DNA of 62,777 bases, the filler included, from an uncultured bacterium (GTDB lineage Bacteria > CAZSTA01): NCBI GenBank assembly GCA_964609495.1. It is 15 parts of 15 records of this genome, joined end to end, with 100 filler letters (N's around TTAATTAATTAA, not from the genome) between each part and the next. Parts side by side here need not be neighbours in the genome. Positions count along the whole stretch, not along the records: positions 17,551 to 21,761 come from CAZSTA010000256.1; positions 21,862 to 26,010 come from CAZSTA010000257.1; positions 26,111 to 30,232 come from CAZSTA010000258.1; 12 more parts are not named here. One strand, given 5' to 3'. The notes under the pieces were generated by a model that was not told the DNA's origin, did no database searches, and was given only the letters and a program-made list of their open reading frames with translations. Of the stretch, positions 18,543-30,332 are shown piece by piece (position 1 is the stretch's first letter; each line of letters begins with the position of its first letter). The position numbers and the translations under genes were made by a program.

Positions 18543-21500
18543 ATGGATAGGCGAAGGCGAGGAGGAAGTTCGCTCTGGGCGTCTCTAATAGTTATCGTTC
18601 TTGTAGTTCTCTTAGGGAACGCTTCCCAGAGCTTGGCGCAAGAGGTGATGTCTGTAGAGACCAAAGTCCTTAATATTCGGGCTGAGGCCTCTATTCAGGC
18701 GGAGATAGTGGGCAAATTGTTTAAGGACAACCAGGTTATTGTTTTAGGGGAGAAAGCGGATTCCGCAACTAAAATGTCTTGGAAGTATGTTATGACTGCT
18801 GAGGGAAAGATAGGTTTTGTAGTTAGTAAATGGCTGAAGTCTGTCAAGCCTAAGACGAATTTTACTATCTGGAGTAATTTCCTTACTCTTCTCCCTGGGA
18901 AGAATATAAATCTCAGTTATAGTGGTGATATCTCTGCAGGTGCTAGATTTCTTGCCTATCCCCTTGGCAAGGATTATCTTCCAGATATGGATCCTCTGGC
19001 TATACGGACTAAAGGAGAGGCCATCGAACTTGAGCTTATTTCCAAAGGAGAATGGGATATAACTCTATCTCCACCACCTTTGGGACTCTACTCACTTCTT
19101 ATGATCGATGACGATCGTCCCTTGGATCATATCATACTTCTGGTGACCAAGCTAGGATTGATCTATAAAGCCTCGGATGAGAATATCCTCGTTCACTCGG
19201 TAGATCTGCTCACCGGTGAACCGATAGGGCAGGTCAAGGTGAAGATATGGGAAGGTGGCGAGAAAGACGAAGTTGCTCCTCCACTCACTGGGATAACTAA
19301 CGCAGATGGTATCTTTTTCGGCGATCTACCGACTAATATAACCTATATTAATGTGATGGGAGATAAGGGTGAGCATTTAGCCTTCACCCCTGAGCCACTT
19401 TATCGCTATTACGAAGTTCCATCCCCATATATATCCTATACTTATACTGATAGGCCTATCTATCGACCGAACAATGCGGTCAATATCAAAGGGATAGTTA
19501 GGGAGAAGATAGAAAATAGCTATATCCCCTATGAGGGAGAGGTTCAGGTTGTAGTTAAAGATCAACGAGGCAATAAACTAGCTGATTACAAGCTAACGAC
19601 CAATGATTACGGCACTTTTGCCACGAACTTCATCTTAGGTGAAGAACCTCCTTTAGGGGTATATTCTATACTAACTATCGTTAAGGAGAAGGAATCGCGA
19701 GCTTACTTCGAGGTTAAGGAGTATCGCAAACCTGAATACGAAGTTGCTGTGAATATAGGGAGTGAATATTATATCTCCGAGGATACTCTTTCCGCCGAAG
19801 TTGAGGCTAAGTACTTCTTCGGAGAGCCAGTATCAAGCGCGAAGGTGGAATACTTCCTCATCCCTGGTTGGTATATGTGGAGATACTGGGATTATGACCA
19901 GGATCAGGAGGCTCAGGAGCTCAGGGACAAATATTGGTTCGCTGATTATCAATATTGGGATCTATACGAGAGGGGCTTCTTTCTTGGAGATGTCCCTTTA
20001 GGAACAATGGTGACCGATGAGAAGGGAAGAGTGGCTATTCAACAAAAAGTCCCTAAGGTTGAGAGGGATAGATATTATCGTTTAGTGGTTAGAGTTAGCG
20101 ATAGCAGTAATAGGATCGTCTATGGCTCTTCCCAATTCGCGGTTACTCAAGGAGAATTCCATATCTCAGCAGATCCCGATAAATATCGCCATAGTTTAGG
20201 AGATACGGTGAAGGTTACTGTATCGGCTAGGGATTATGAAGATCAGCCAATATCAACTTACCTTGAGGCTAAAGTTAGTGTCAACTATTACATTGTCCAG
20301 AAAGATGAGAAGAAAAAGACTAAAAAGTGGGTCCGAAAAGCGGATGTTCTATGGAGGGGATCTTTAAGGACGGATGAGGAAGGGAAGGCGAACTTCCAAT
20401 TCATAGTTAATCACGGAGGATGGTTGAGCGTTGATCTTGAAAGTCAAGATGAGAGAGGAAATAAGATAACCTCCAGGGAATATCTGGGTTGGGTAAGTTC
20501 CAGGGAAATTTACACCGCAAGGTCTATGTATCCTCAGATCATAACCGATAGATATGTCTATCAACCGGGAGATGTAGCCACCATCACCGTCCAGCTCCCC
20601 TTCGGGGGGGATAACACCGCAGCCCTATTCACCGTTGAGGGACGGAAGCTATTCTCCGGAAAGTTGCTGAGGATCACTGGAGATAGCCTATCATTCGAGC
20701 TACCCATAGCCTCCGAATATCAGCCTAATATATATCTCGATGTCTGCCTAGTCAGGAATGGAGAGTTTATCAGTGGAGCAGCCACTGTCATCTATATCCC
20801 TGCCCTTGATAAGGAACTCGCGGTTGAGATCGAGCCTGATAAGCCACTCTATCGCCCTGGAGAGGAGGCGGAATTCACCCTATACACCACTCGAGGAGGT
20901 AAACCAGTCCCAGCGGAGCTATCTCTAGGAGTGGTTGATAACGCGATCTACGCTATGCAGGAGGATATCGCTCCTGATATATGGCGTTTCTTCTGGGGCG
21001 CAAGATATAATAGAGTTTCTACCGATTACTCTTGGCGAGCCCCCTATGGAGCAGAGATGGGTGGTGGTGAAGGAGGGGAAGCAGGAGCAATTACTCCTCG
21101 CCGAGATTTCAAGGATACCGCCTACTGGGTTGCTCAAGTTCGCACTGATAGTGAGGGTAAAGCTATAGTGAGATTCAGATGGCCGGATAACATCACCTCT
21201 TGGCGAGCTACAGCCCGTGCGGTAACAAAGGATACCGCGGTCGGAAGTCTGATCGTCAATACTACTACGAAAAAGGATCTCTTCGTGCGGCTCATAACCC
21301 CGCGCTTCTTGACTCAAGGAGATAAACTCTCGATAGGCACGATCATCCACAACTATACCTCGACTCCTCAAGAGGTTTCTGCGACCTTTGAGGGAGAAAG
21401 GGTAACGGTGTTGGATACCGAAAAGCGAACCTTCATTATAGAGCCCGGGGGAGTAGCGACTTCCTTATGGCCTATTAGCGTCGATAAGGTCGGGAAAGCG

Positions 21501-21761
21501 GTGCTTACTGCTAAGGTTTGGTCCGATACCCTGTCTGATGGGATGGAACTCACCTTGCCCATCCTTCCCCATGGACTTGCCAAGCTTGATCATCAGGGCG
21601 GAAGTATAACTGGAGACTCGGAACTTAAGCTCGATTTCTCCGTTCCTGAAGGAATCATAACGGAGGCTAGCCAACTCAAGATAAAGCTCTCACCCTCCCT
21701 AGTGGGACCGATATTCACTTCTCTCGAATACCTAGTCGGTTATCCCTACGGTTGTGTGGAG
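18543..21761 (+). CDS. Bacterial alpha-2-macroglobulin with N-terminal SH3b domain (3' truncated)
   Basis: LNIRAE...WKYV...GFV (SH3b); YTDRPIYRP, FEVKEYRKPEY, RRDFKDTAYW, PDNITSW; ends at thioester motif YPYGCVE. Confidence 0.92.
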
Positions 21762-21861
21762 NNNNNNNNNNNNNNNNNNNNNNNNNNNNNNNNNNNNNNN
21801 NNNNNTTAATTAATTAANNNNNNNNNNNNNNNNNNNNNNNNNNNNNNNNNNNNNNNNNNNN

Positions 21862-21978
21862 TCAAGGGAGGGGGAACTAAAGGGCTTTAGTTCAATCTCA
21901 GCGTTCCCTCTCCCCTCGTGGGAGAGGGCCAGGGTGAGGGGGAGTTATAACTCGATCTGAAATCATTACGAAGTAAAG
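21862..21978. repeat. Family A repeat at contig start
   Basis: TCAAGGGAGGGGGAACTAAAGGGCTTTAGTTCAATCTCAG..CCCTCTCCCCTCGTGGGAGAGGGCCAGGGTGAGGGGG. Confidence 0.85.
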
Positions 21979-22025
21979 ACTTTTTGATCCCCGATTTTAT
22001 ATGATTCTTGCTGAGGCAAAAAAAC

Positions 22026-22054
22026 TTGACTTAAACTTATAACTATAGTATAAT
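22026..22054 (+). promoter_or_regulatory. Sigma70-type promoter
   Basis: TTGACT-17 nt-TATAAT. Confidence 0.7.
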
Positions 22055-22116
22055 TGTATTGTGCATTGGGACTTTATTTCCCTCTAACCAATTGAGCAAA
22101 GAGAGGAGATCGAAAT

Positions 22117-23619
22117 ATGTCTTCCAACTTCCAGCGAATATTTAATAGCTTCAGAGCGGCGCTATTTCTCTTATTAGTTGTAATCTTGCTTACTAGTTGC
22201 GACGAAATCAAAGACCTATTTGAGCCAGAGCCAACTCCTTCATCTCCTTCGGGGGCTGTCGAGGGATACGTATATGCTCAGATTACAGAGGAAGATAGTT
22301 TAAATCAAAATAGTCAATTGATCCCCCTAAAGGGAGCAGAAGCCTCAATAAGTGGCACTGACCTCAAGAGTATTACCGATGATAAGGGATATTTTAAGAT
22401 AGAAAAAGTTCCGGTTGGATATCGGAGAGTGTATATCTCCGCTACTTATTACGCAGTAAAATATTTTGATGTACCTGTGAATGAAAATCGGACTAGCTCT
22501 TTAGGGATAGTATCTCTGCCTCATATTCCCAAAAGGTGGTTGGTGATGATCTATTTCTCCGCTGATAATTCGACCGAGGGGGCAGATGAGGATTTCGCAG
22601 ATATAAGAGGAGCCACCTCCAGCGGAGATGTTGATATCGTAGTCCAGTTGGACACTCAAGATCAAGCTACAAAGCGATATTATATATCTCCTAAATATAC
22701 CGATCCTTTGGAAGATATAGGGGAGGCGAATATGGGAGATCCTAAAACCTTGCAAGATTTTATGGATTGGGCTAAAGGGGCTTATCCAGCTGACAATTAT
22801 CTCCTTATAATCTGGGATCATAATTTAAGCGATGGTTGGAAGATGATCGCCTACGATGAGACCAGCGACGATGCTCTCACTTCGGATGAACTTGAGCAAG
22901 CTTTAAATGGAGCTAGTATAAAGGTGGTAGCGATCGATTCCTCCGGGAAGGGCGCGATTGAGGTAGCCTATCAGTTGAAGGATGTCGCCAATTATCTAGT
23001 TGGCTCGGAGGAATTGATACCAGCCACTGGTTTCCCCTATCAACAGATATTGAACTCCTTGGTGAGTAATTCTAGTTATTCTCCTTCCGATGTCTCCGAG
23101 ATGATAGTTGAGGATTATGGCGATTTCTATAGCTCTCGCTTCGATCCGGTTACTTTATCCGCAATCGATCTGAGTGCTATCAGCGGAGTAGCTCTTTCAA
23201 GCGATGCCTTTGGGACTGAGATTCGCAACTCCTTGGAGGTAAATAAAGCTAAATATGCAATTATCAAGGATGAACTTCAGACCTACGATTATCTTAACCC
23301 AGCTTGGCCCTACACCTCAAGGGTGGATCTCCATCACTTCGCTCAATTGATTAAAGATAACTTCGCCAGCAACACTGATTTGAAGAACCGAGCCCAAGAG
23401 GTTATCGATTCCATCGACAGTGCAGTTATCTCTTCATATAAGCTGGGAGTATGGAAGGGAGATATATATTATAAAGAGGTAAATTCTTATGGCTTAGCGG
23501 TATATCTGAACTGGACGAGTCAATATAACTCGGATTATAGTTCTGCCACTAAGTTTGCGATGGATATCAGTTGGCCTGAGCTATGTCTCTGGCTAGATGA
23601 AAATCTGCCCAGGGACTAG
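22117..23619 (+). CDS. Clostripain (C11)-family lipoprotein with carboxypeptidase-regulatory-like domain; catalytic Cys apparently lost
   Basis: LTSC lipobox; WLVMIYFSADN, EANMGDPKTL.DF, YPADNYLLIIWDH, EVAYQL, VGSEE, GFPY. Confidence 0.82.
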   Translation: MSSNFQRIFNSFRAALFLLLVVILLTSCDEIKDLFEPEPTPSSPSGAVEGYVYAQITEEDSLNQNSQLIPLKGAEASISGTDLKSITDDKGYFKIEKVPVGYRRVYISATYYAVKYFDVPVNENRTSSLGIVSLPHIPKRWLVMIYFSADNSTEGADEDFADIRGATSSGDVDIVVQLDTQDQATKRYYISPKYTDPLEDIGEANMGDPKTLQDFMDWAKGAYPADNYLLIIWDHNLSDGWKMIAYDETSDDALTSDELEQALNGASIKVVAIDSSGKGAIEVAYQLKDVANYLVGSEELIPATGFPYQQILNSLVSNSSYSPSDVSEMIVEDYGDFYSSRFDPVTLSAIDLSAISGVALSSDAFGTEIRNSLEVNKAKYAIIKDELQTYDYLNPAWPYTSRVDLHHFAQLIKDNFASNTDLKNRAQEVIDSIDSAVISSYKLGVWKGDIYYKEVNSYGLAVYLNWTSQYNSDYSSATKFAMDISWPELCLWLDENLPRD

Positions 23620-24751
23620 ATCTATTAATATAGGAAGGGTTGAGGGAGAGATTCTTCCCCCACTGGTTAGTTCTGAAATTAAAAAGATCCTAATCATCTC
23701 CCTTCAAGGCATCGGTAATACTCTGCTCTTCACTCCAGCTTTAAGAGCCTTAGGAGAGAGATATCCGCAAGCCGATATATATGGACTAGTGCTTACTAAA
23801 GTGGAGATGCATGCCCTAGAGCAAAATCAATATATTCGAGATATAATAATCATAAATGAGAGCAGATATCAAGGTTTGATCGGCAAATTAAAGCTTATCT
23901 GGGGTCTGAGGAAAAAGCATATCGATCTGGCGATAACCGCCTATCCAGGAGGATTGAAGACTGCTGTGATCTCCTTCCTCTCCGCTGCTAAGTTCAGGAT
24001 AGGTCATATCTTGCCTAGATCGAATCCCTTTCAAAAGTGGTGTTTCTCAAAGTGCTATCATATCACCTTGGAAGGTTCGCCCGATAAACACGATATAGAT
24101 AACAACTTTGCTCTGCTATCTGCTCTGGGGATAGAGGTAAGTTCTCTTAGTAAAGATATGGAGATAATTATATCCCCCGAGGATATAGGTTTTGCCGATC
24201 GATTCTTACAGGAGAAAGAGGTTGAAGACTCGGATCTACTAATAGGATTTCATCCAGGCTCAGGAAAAACTCAGACTTATAAGAGATGGCCTCGCGAGTA
24301 TTATCAGGAATTGATATCTCGATTAACTAAGCGGGATAAAGTTAAAGCTCTCATATTCGGAGGTCCTGATGAAGCTGAGTTAGTAAGAGCTATAATGGAT
24401 GGTATATCACCCCCTCCGATAGCAGTCCTTGATACTACTTTGAAGCAGACGACCGCGCTCATAGATCGCTGTCATCTCTTCGTCACCAACGATTCAGGGC
24501 TGATGCATATAGCGGTAGCGAGGAAGGTTACCACTATCGCTATCTATGGACCCACTGATCCACTTCAGAGCGCTCCTCATGGAGAAGAACATCTTGTTAT
24601 CAGGAAGAATAAGGAGTGCGGTCCTTGTTACCCCTTCAGACCTGGACACTTGGAGTGCTTCAAAAGAAGGGGAGAGATCGAATGTCTCAAAGAGATCAGC
24701 GTGGAGGAGGTTTTAAGGGCGATAAATACGAAGAGGAACACTCATAGGTAG
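23597..24751 (+). CDS. Glycosyltransferase family 9 (heptosyltransferase-like)
   Basis: KILII..GIGNTLLFTP, FHPGS..KRWP, FVTNDSGLMHIA, YGPT; true start may be further downstream. Confidence 0.9.
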   Translation: MKICPGTRSINIGRVEGEILPPLVSSEIKKILIISLQGIGNTLLFTPALRALGERYPQADIYGLVLTKVEMHALEQNQYIRDIIIINESRYQGLIGKLKLIWGLRKKHIDLAITAYPGGLKTAVISFLSAAKFRIGHILPRSNPFQKWCFSKCYHITLEGSPDKHDIDNNFALLSALGIEVSSLSKDMEIIISPEDIGFADRFLQEKEVEDSDLLIGFHPGSGKTQTYKRWPREYYQELISRLTKRDKVKALIFGGPDEAELVRAIMDGISPPPIAVLDTTLKQTTALIDRCHLFVTNDSGLMHIAVARKVTTIAIYGPTDPLQSAPHGEEHLVIRKNKECGPCYPFRPGHLECFKRRGEIECLKEISVEEVLRAINTKRNTHR

Positions 24752-24766
24752 TGGAGGTCTTTTCAG

Positions 24767-25879
24767 ATGGCTGATAGAGATTACTATGAGATATTAGGCG
24801 TTAGTAAAAACGCAGGAAATAAAGAGATAAAACAGGCTTATCGAAGATTAGCTAAACAATACCATCCCGATGCGAATCCAGGGAATAAGATAGCTGAAGA
24901 GAAGTTCAAGGAGATTTCCGAGGCTTATAACGTCTTAAGCGATTCTCAGAAGCGCAAACAATACGATCAGTTAAGAGACTTAGGCGCCACCGGATTCGAC
25001 TTCGGTGCTGGAGGATTCCGCCCCGGGGCGCAACAAGGCACCTATAACTTCAATACTAATGACCTGGGAGACCCGGGTTTCGATCTGGGAAGCATATTTG
25101 ATCTGTTCACTGAAGGAAGGACAAGCACCGGAACCCAACGCAGGCCCAGAGCTAAAAGGGGAGCAAATCTAAATTACGAGTTGGAGATCCCCTTTGAACA
25201 GGCAGTTACCGGAGGAAAGACGATAATATCTGTGACTAGAAGTGATACCTGCCCTACTTGCGGAGGAACGGGAGCTAGGCCAGGCTCAAGAGTAGAAACT
25301 TGTCCTGAATGCAAAGGTCGAGGACAGGTAAGCACTGCCCAAGGTGGCTTCGGAATATCGAGACCATGCCCGCGATGTTATGGGACTGGCACTATCATCA
25401 AAGACCCCTGTCCAACCTGTCTCGGGATGGGAAGGAGCAAGCAGACTCGCAGAATAGCGGTAACTATCCCTCCGGGAGTAGATACTGGCACTAAGATAAA
25501 GATAGCTGGACAGGGAGAAGCAGGATTTCAAGGAGGCCCTCCGGGAGATCTATATGTGATCTTCAAAGTTGCTCCTCATCCCTTCTTCAGAAGGAAGAAA
25601 AGGGATATCTACTACGATGCTGAAATCACTATGACTCAAGCGGCTCTAGGGACGAAGATAGAAGTTCCTACTCTGGACGGAAGGGTTAAATTAACCATCC
25701 CTGCGGGAACACAGAGCGGTAAGAGCTTTCGTTTAAGAGGTAAAGGTATGCCCTCTCTCAAGGGTGGTAAACGAGGGGATCAATTCGTGCAGGTTAAGAT
25801 CTTAACTCCGACTAAGCTGACTGCTAAACAGAGAGATCTCCTCCGTCAGTTCGCTAAAGAGAGAAGAGAAAACATATAA
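24767..25879 (+). CDS. dnaJ: Molecular chaperone DnaJ
   Basis: [13 protein letters not shown] region, four CxxCxGxG repeats. Confidence 0.95.
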   Translation: MADRDYYEILGVSKNAGNKEIKQAYRRLAKQYHPDANPGNKIAEEKFKEISEAYNVLSDSQKRKQYDQLRDLGATGFDFGAGGFRPGAQQGTYNFNTNDLGDPGFDLGSIFDLFTEGRTSTGTQRRPRAKRGANLNYELEIPFEQAVTGGKTIISVTRSDTCPTCGGTGARPGSRVETCPECKGRGQVSTAQGGFGISRPCPRCYGTGTIIKDPCPTCLGMGRSKQTRRIAVTIPPGVDTGTKIKIAGQGEAGFQGGPPGDLYVIFKVAPHPFFRRKKRDIYYDAEITMTQAALGTKIEVPTLDGRVKLTIPAGTQSGKSFRLRGKGMPSLKGGKRGDQFVQVKILTPTKLTAKQRDLLRQFAKERRENI

Positions 25880-25924
25880 CCAAGACGATAAGCGATATCA
25901 TTCGTCGAAACAACAACAGATGAT

Positions 25925-25953
25925 GAACATCGAGTCTTTTCGACTCGATGTTC
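25925..25953. terminator. Perfect 12-bp hairpin after dnaJ (possible terminator)
   Basis: GAACATCGAGTC-ttttc-GACTCGATGTTC; no clear U-tract. Confidence 0.5.
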
Positions 25954-25978
25954 GTAGTAATTGTGGGATCCACTAGGT

Positions 25979-26010
25979 GGCGGTTAGGCCCTATTGGCCT
26001 GACCGCCTAC
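25979..26010 (-). repeat. GTAG-type REP-like palindrome at contig end
   Basis: Minus strand GTAGGCGGTCAGGCC-aatag-GGCCTAACCGCC. Confidence 0.55.
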
Positions 26011-26110
26011 NNNNNNNNNNNNNNNNNNNNNNNNNNNNNNNNNNNNNNNNNNNNTTAATTAATTAANNNNNNNNNNNNNNNNNNNNNNNNNNNNNNNNNN
26101 NNNNNNNNNN

Positions 26111-28410
26111 TCGATAGCCAAGCTAGCCTGATAGGCGAAGGTGGATAACAGTTGTAGATCTTCCTCGGTGATAGATTTATCCGTAGCGAAGTAATCCGCT
26201 GTGATTACTCCTATGGCTTCATCCCCAGCTATAATAGGGACGCTGGCATAAGACTTTGTTCCCAAAGCTCGCATTATCCCTTTAATATATTCACTCCAAC
26301 GCGGATCATTAAGAGGATCCTTAACCAAGATCGGCTTCTTCTCTCTTATAGAGATACCTGAAGGATGTAAATCGAGAGGAGTTTTCGTATAGATAGTCTC
26401 TGGAATCAGCCCCTCTCCAAAGCCAGATCTGCCAACTAACATATTCTCCTCCTCATCAACGAAAGCGAGCCATCCCCGATCGAAGCCTAACTCCTTCACC
26501 CCTTGCATAATAAGATCCAGTTTTTCCTCAAGAGAAGTTAACTTGAGCAATTTATCAGTTGTATAGTGTAATAGGGTCATCCGTCTAGCCTTCTCACTAA
26601 CCGAGGCGAAAAGTCTAGCGTCTTCGATAGCTACTCCGATCTGATTGCCAATCGCAGTAAGCAGTTGCATCTCCTCGGGGGTGAATTTGCGATAATTATG
26701 AGTAATTACGCCCATCGTTCCTAACGTTTTTCCTTTTGACATTAAAGGCACAGTAGCCAAAGACTGAAGTCCTTCGCGTTTAGCTATCATTCTGGTAAGT
26801 CTAGGATCACTTGAGACATTCTCAACTACCAGCGGCTCTCCCGATAGAACTACTCGACCAGTAAATCCTTCGCCAATCTTTAAGTGATCTGTCTCTTTAA
26901 TGTACTCGGCATTGAAGCCTTGGGAGGTAGCTATTCTTAGCTCCTGAGCCTCCTCATCCAGAATATAGATCGCTCCAGCCTCCATCTCCATCACCTTTAG
27001 CACTTCATCCAAGGCATTATTAAGGATCTTATCTAATTCGAGACTTCGACTGATAGCGCTGGAGATAGCGTTGAGAGTGGATAACTCTCTATTCCTCCTC
27101 CTTATCTCCATCTCATCCCTCTTCCTTTCGCTAATATCTCTAGCGATAGCAGAGAATCCAACGATCTTTCCTCCCTCATCTTTGATAGGGGATATGGCTA
27201 AATCAATATCTATCACCTTTTGATCTTTAGTTAATCTCCGAGTCTCATAATGACTGATCTCCTCGCCAGCTCTGATCTTCTCGCTGAACTCAGATAGTTC
27301 TCCTCTTAAGGATAAGGGGACTATCTTCTCTATCGATTCGCCTACTACTTCCTCTGCTTGATAGCCATACACCTTCTCAGCACCTTTATTCCAACTAGTG
27401 GTTATACCATTTAGATCCACACTGAATATAGCATTTTGGGAATGCTCAACTACGCTCGCTAGATATCTGATCCTCTCCTCAACCCCTCTTCTCTCAGCTA
27501 TACTTTTCCCGATCTGCTCTCCTATGGAATTGAGTAGTTGCATATCTTCGGAACTCAAGCGATGTTCAGGAGAAAGGAAGATTAAGCCTGTTACCTTGTC
27601 CTCCGCTCTTAGAGGAACGAGGGCTAAAGATCGAAATCCATATAATTTACAGACCCCTCTAACTTTTATATCTGGAGAAGAAATTCGAGAAATATCCTCA
27701 ATTATCATCGCTTCTCCTGACTGGGCTACCTGACCGCATAAACACTCCCCTAATCGAACCCTGTTTTCCTCTCTAATAAATTCCTCGGGTAATCCCTGAT
27801 GAGCCGCGAAGAACGATTCCCCATTCTCTTCATCCAGTAGGCGTATTCCTCCCTTCTCGGTCCTTGTTATCTCCAAAATCATACTCAGGATATTATCCAA
27901 TAGCTCATTTAAACTTGAAGATCGATTAGCTATATCAGATATCTCCTTCAAAATAGCAAGTTCCCAATTGCGTCTTCGTAACTCTCTCATTAGTCGGCTA
28001 GATCTCAAAACAGCTCTAATTCGAGCTAGCAACTCCTCGTTATGGAAAGGAGAAATTATATAATCCACAACATCAAGATCAAGGGTAGCGATCATACGAT
28101 CTAAACCTTCTCTCGCCGCATTAATAAAGATAACAGGAATGTATTTGAGATTCTCATCCTCTTGAATGGCTTGACATAACTTGTATCCACCCATATTGAG
28201 CATAACGACATCTGAGAGGATTAGATCGACAGAAGGATATCTGAGGGATGTAACATTCTCCTTTAATTTTTTCAAGGCTTCCTTTCCATCTTCAGCGATT
28301 ATTACCTCATAACCATTGAGCTTTAAGAGAATCTCCAGAAATTTGCGATTACTTTCATCACTGCTAACCACTAGAACAGTGGCTTGCGAAATATCATACT
28401 TATTCGGCAT
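26111..28410 (-). CDS. Signal transduction protein REC-GAF-PAS-GAF-GAF (output domain lost at contig end)
   Basis: VDLILSDVVM receiver; GECLCGQVAQSG and GEGFTGRVV GAF motifs; ITTSWNKGAEKVYGY PAS. Confidence 0.88.
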
Positions 28411-28462
28411 AAAATTCCACCACCTGTATAATTGATTTCATTCCCTATAGTGCGCTTCCCAA

Positions 28463-30208
28463 TTAGTAATTAGCTGCAATCATATCGTAAATATCGGCTA
28501 AAGCGCTAGGATCTCCCACCAGAAACATTCTGCCGTTAGTCGCCTGGGCCAACTTATACAGAGTTTCTGTATCGGCTTTGCTCCCGTAAGCTATAGCGAA
28601 AATAGAGACGTATCTTCCCTCCTTTATATCGTTACTAGAGGGCAACTTCCTTATAAGCTCCTCTTCCGAGGACTCACTCCTGTTATCAACTCCATCACTT
28701 AATAACACTATCGCGTATCTCCTCTTTTCCGTCTCACCCTCTCTAGCCTTATTAATCACCTCTAGCGATTCTATGATTGCATCGCGTAAGGCAGTCTCGT
28801 TCATCGCATATAAGCCCCTAACACGCATCTCCAGACTCTCCCGATACTCCTTGAGTTCAACTACTTTCCCTCCGTTCAAAGGTTGGACTTTGTCGTTAAA
28901 GACAACGATCTCGATCTTGTCACCATCATCCATCGAAGCGATGAAGCGAGCTAGTGCTTCTCGCAACTGCTTCATAGAATCCTTCATACTCCCTGAAGTA
29001 TCCACTACTAACACCACGGTAGCTTTCTGCTTAGCTCTCTCCCAATCCTTTATCGCCGCTTGAGCTAAAGTCGGTGGTATATCCTCGAATTTGGAGGGAC
29101 TTATATCGGGATCAACACCATTCACCTTATCAAGAGGATAAGAAGGCAGTATCGAAGATCCAACTGGAGGTCGTAACCCATATTGCATAGCCTTCGCTTG
29201 AAGATCAGGACTCAAGAGGAATTTCCCAAATTCTTCAGCGATCTGCCTCTGTTCCTTAGTGAGCCAATCGCCATTCACCACTCCATAGGGGTAATCACTC
29301 CAGAAGGTCATTGGAGGATAAATCGCTACTATCCTGAACTGCTTCTGAGGATAGGAAACATTCGCCTCCACTACCGCGCTTTCAGCACAGGTCACTAGGT
29401 GGGTATAGGGTAATCCTGCCTCGCTCATCTTGTTTATCAATTCCTCATCCGTAGGCGCGTAATGTTCCACTGCCTCTTCTACCTTCACCAAACTCGTCTC
29501 AGCTTTATCTAGATCCTCAATGGTTAATCCCTTTGATTTCCCTAAGATACCATAACTTAAACCTAATACCGATAATACTCCAGAACTGCTATACTCGGGG
29601 TGGGAGTGACTGAAAAGAACTTTTCCCCACTCCCCTCTTCCGTAAGCCCTCCATCCTTGAGGATCACTTAACAGATTTGCTAATCCCGTCCAGCCAAAAG
29701 GTTTATCAGGCCAGCCAAGAGCTTGAGCCATCGGCTCCCAAGTAGCGATAACTAGAGGACTAACCGCTAAGGAGCTATAATCCTCGATCAACTTCTTCCC
29801 AGCCTCCTCCTGCCACTTCTCATTTATCTGTTTTAGCTCTAGGGTGTTACTCAAAGCTAATACGGCTGGTTTTCCCCCCTCCTTCAAAAGTTGGAGGATC
29901 TTTCCCGAAGTGATAGTCACTATGTGGACTAAAGCAGTTTCTCTAGCTACTTTAGGATTCTTTTCATTGAACTCCACCGCGGCGTCTTTTAGGTATCCAG
30001 ATATACTAGGATCAGCAAATATCGTCAAAAGATGAGATCTAGCTGGGGATAGTTTCTTATCTACTTTAGGAGGCTTCTTACCTCCATTATCCTTAACTAC
30101 TTCTCCATTCTCATCAGGTATAGGAGGTTTCGGCGGATTCCTGACTAGAAGATATACAACTAGCAATCCCAAGAGAAGAAATATTACCACTATTAATTTT
30201 TTCTCCAC
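28463..30208 (-). CDS. Membrane-anchored substrate-binding + vWA domain protein
   Basis: N-terminal TM; SPLVIA...HPEYSSSG...WSDYPY SBP-like region; VVDTSGSM MIDAS, TALRDAI, LLSDG. Confidence 0.85.
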   Translation of the reverse strand: MEKKLIVVIFLLLGLLVVYLLVRNPPKPPIPDENGEVVKDNGGKKPPKVDKKLSPARSHLLTIFADPSISGYLKDAAVEFNEKNPKVARETALVHIVTITSGKILQLLKEGGKPAVLALSNTLELKQINEKWQEEAGKKLIEDYSSLAVSPLVIATWEPMAQALGWPDKPFGWTGLANLLSDPQGWRAYGRGEWGKVLFSHSHPEYSSSGVLSVLGLSYGILGKSKGLTIEDLDKAETSLVKVEEAVEHYAPTDEELINKMSEAGLPYTHLVTCAESAVVEANVSYPQKQFRIVAIYPPMTFWSDYPYGVVNGDWLTKEQRQIAEEFGKFLLSPDLQAKAMQYGLRPPVGSSILPSYPLDKVNGVDPDISPSKFEDIPPTLAQAAIKDWERAKQKATVVLVVDTSGSMKDSMKQLREALARFIASMDDGDKIEIVVFNDKVQPLNGGKVVELKEYRESLEMRVRGLYAMNETALRDAIIESLEVINKAREGETEKRRYAIVLLSDGVDNRSESSEEELIRKLPSSNDIKEGRYVSIFAIAYGSKADTETLYKLAQATNGRMFLVGDPSALADIYDMIAANY

Positions 30209-30332
30209 CGCTACTCCTCCCTTCTTTACTCANNNNNNNNNNNNNNNNNNNNNNNNNNNNNNNNNNNNNNNNNNNNTTAATTAATTAANNNNNNNNNNNN
30301 NNNNNNNNNNNNNNNNNNNNNNNNNNNNNNNN

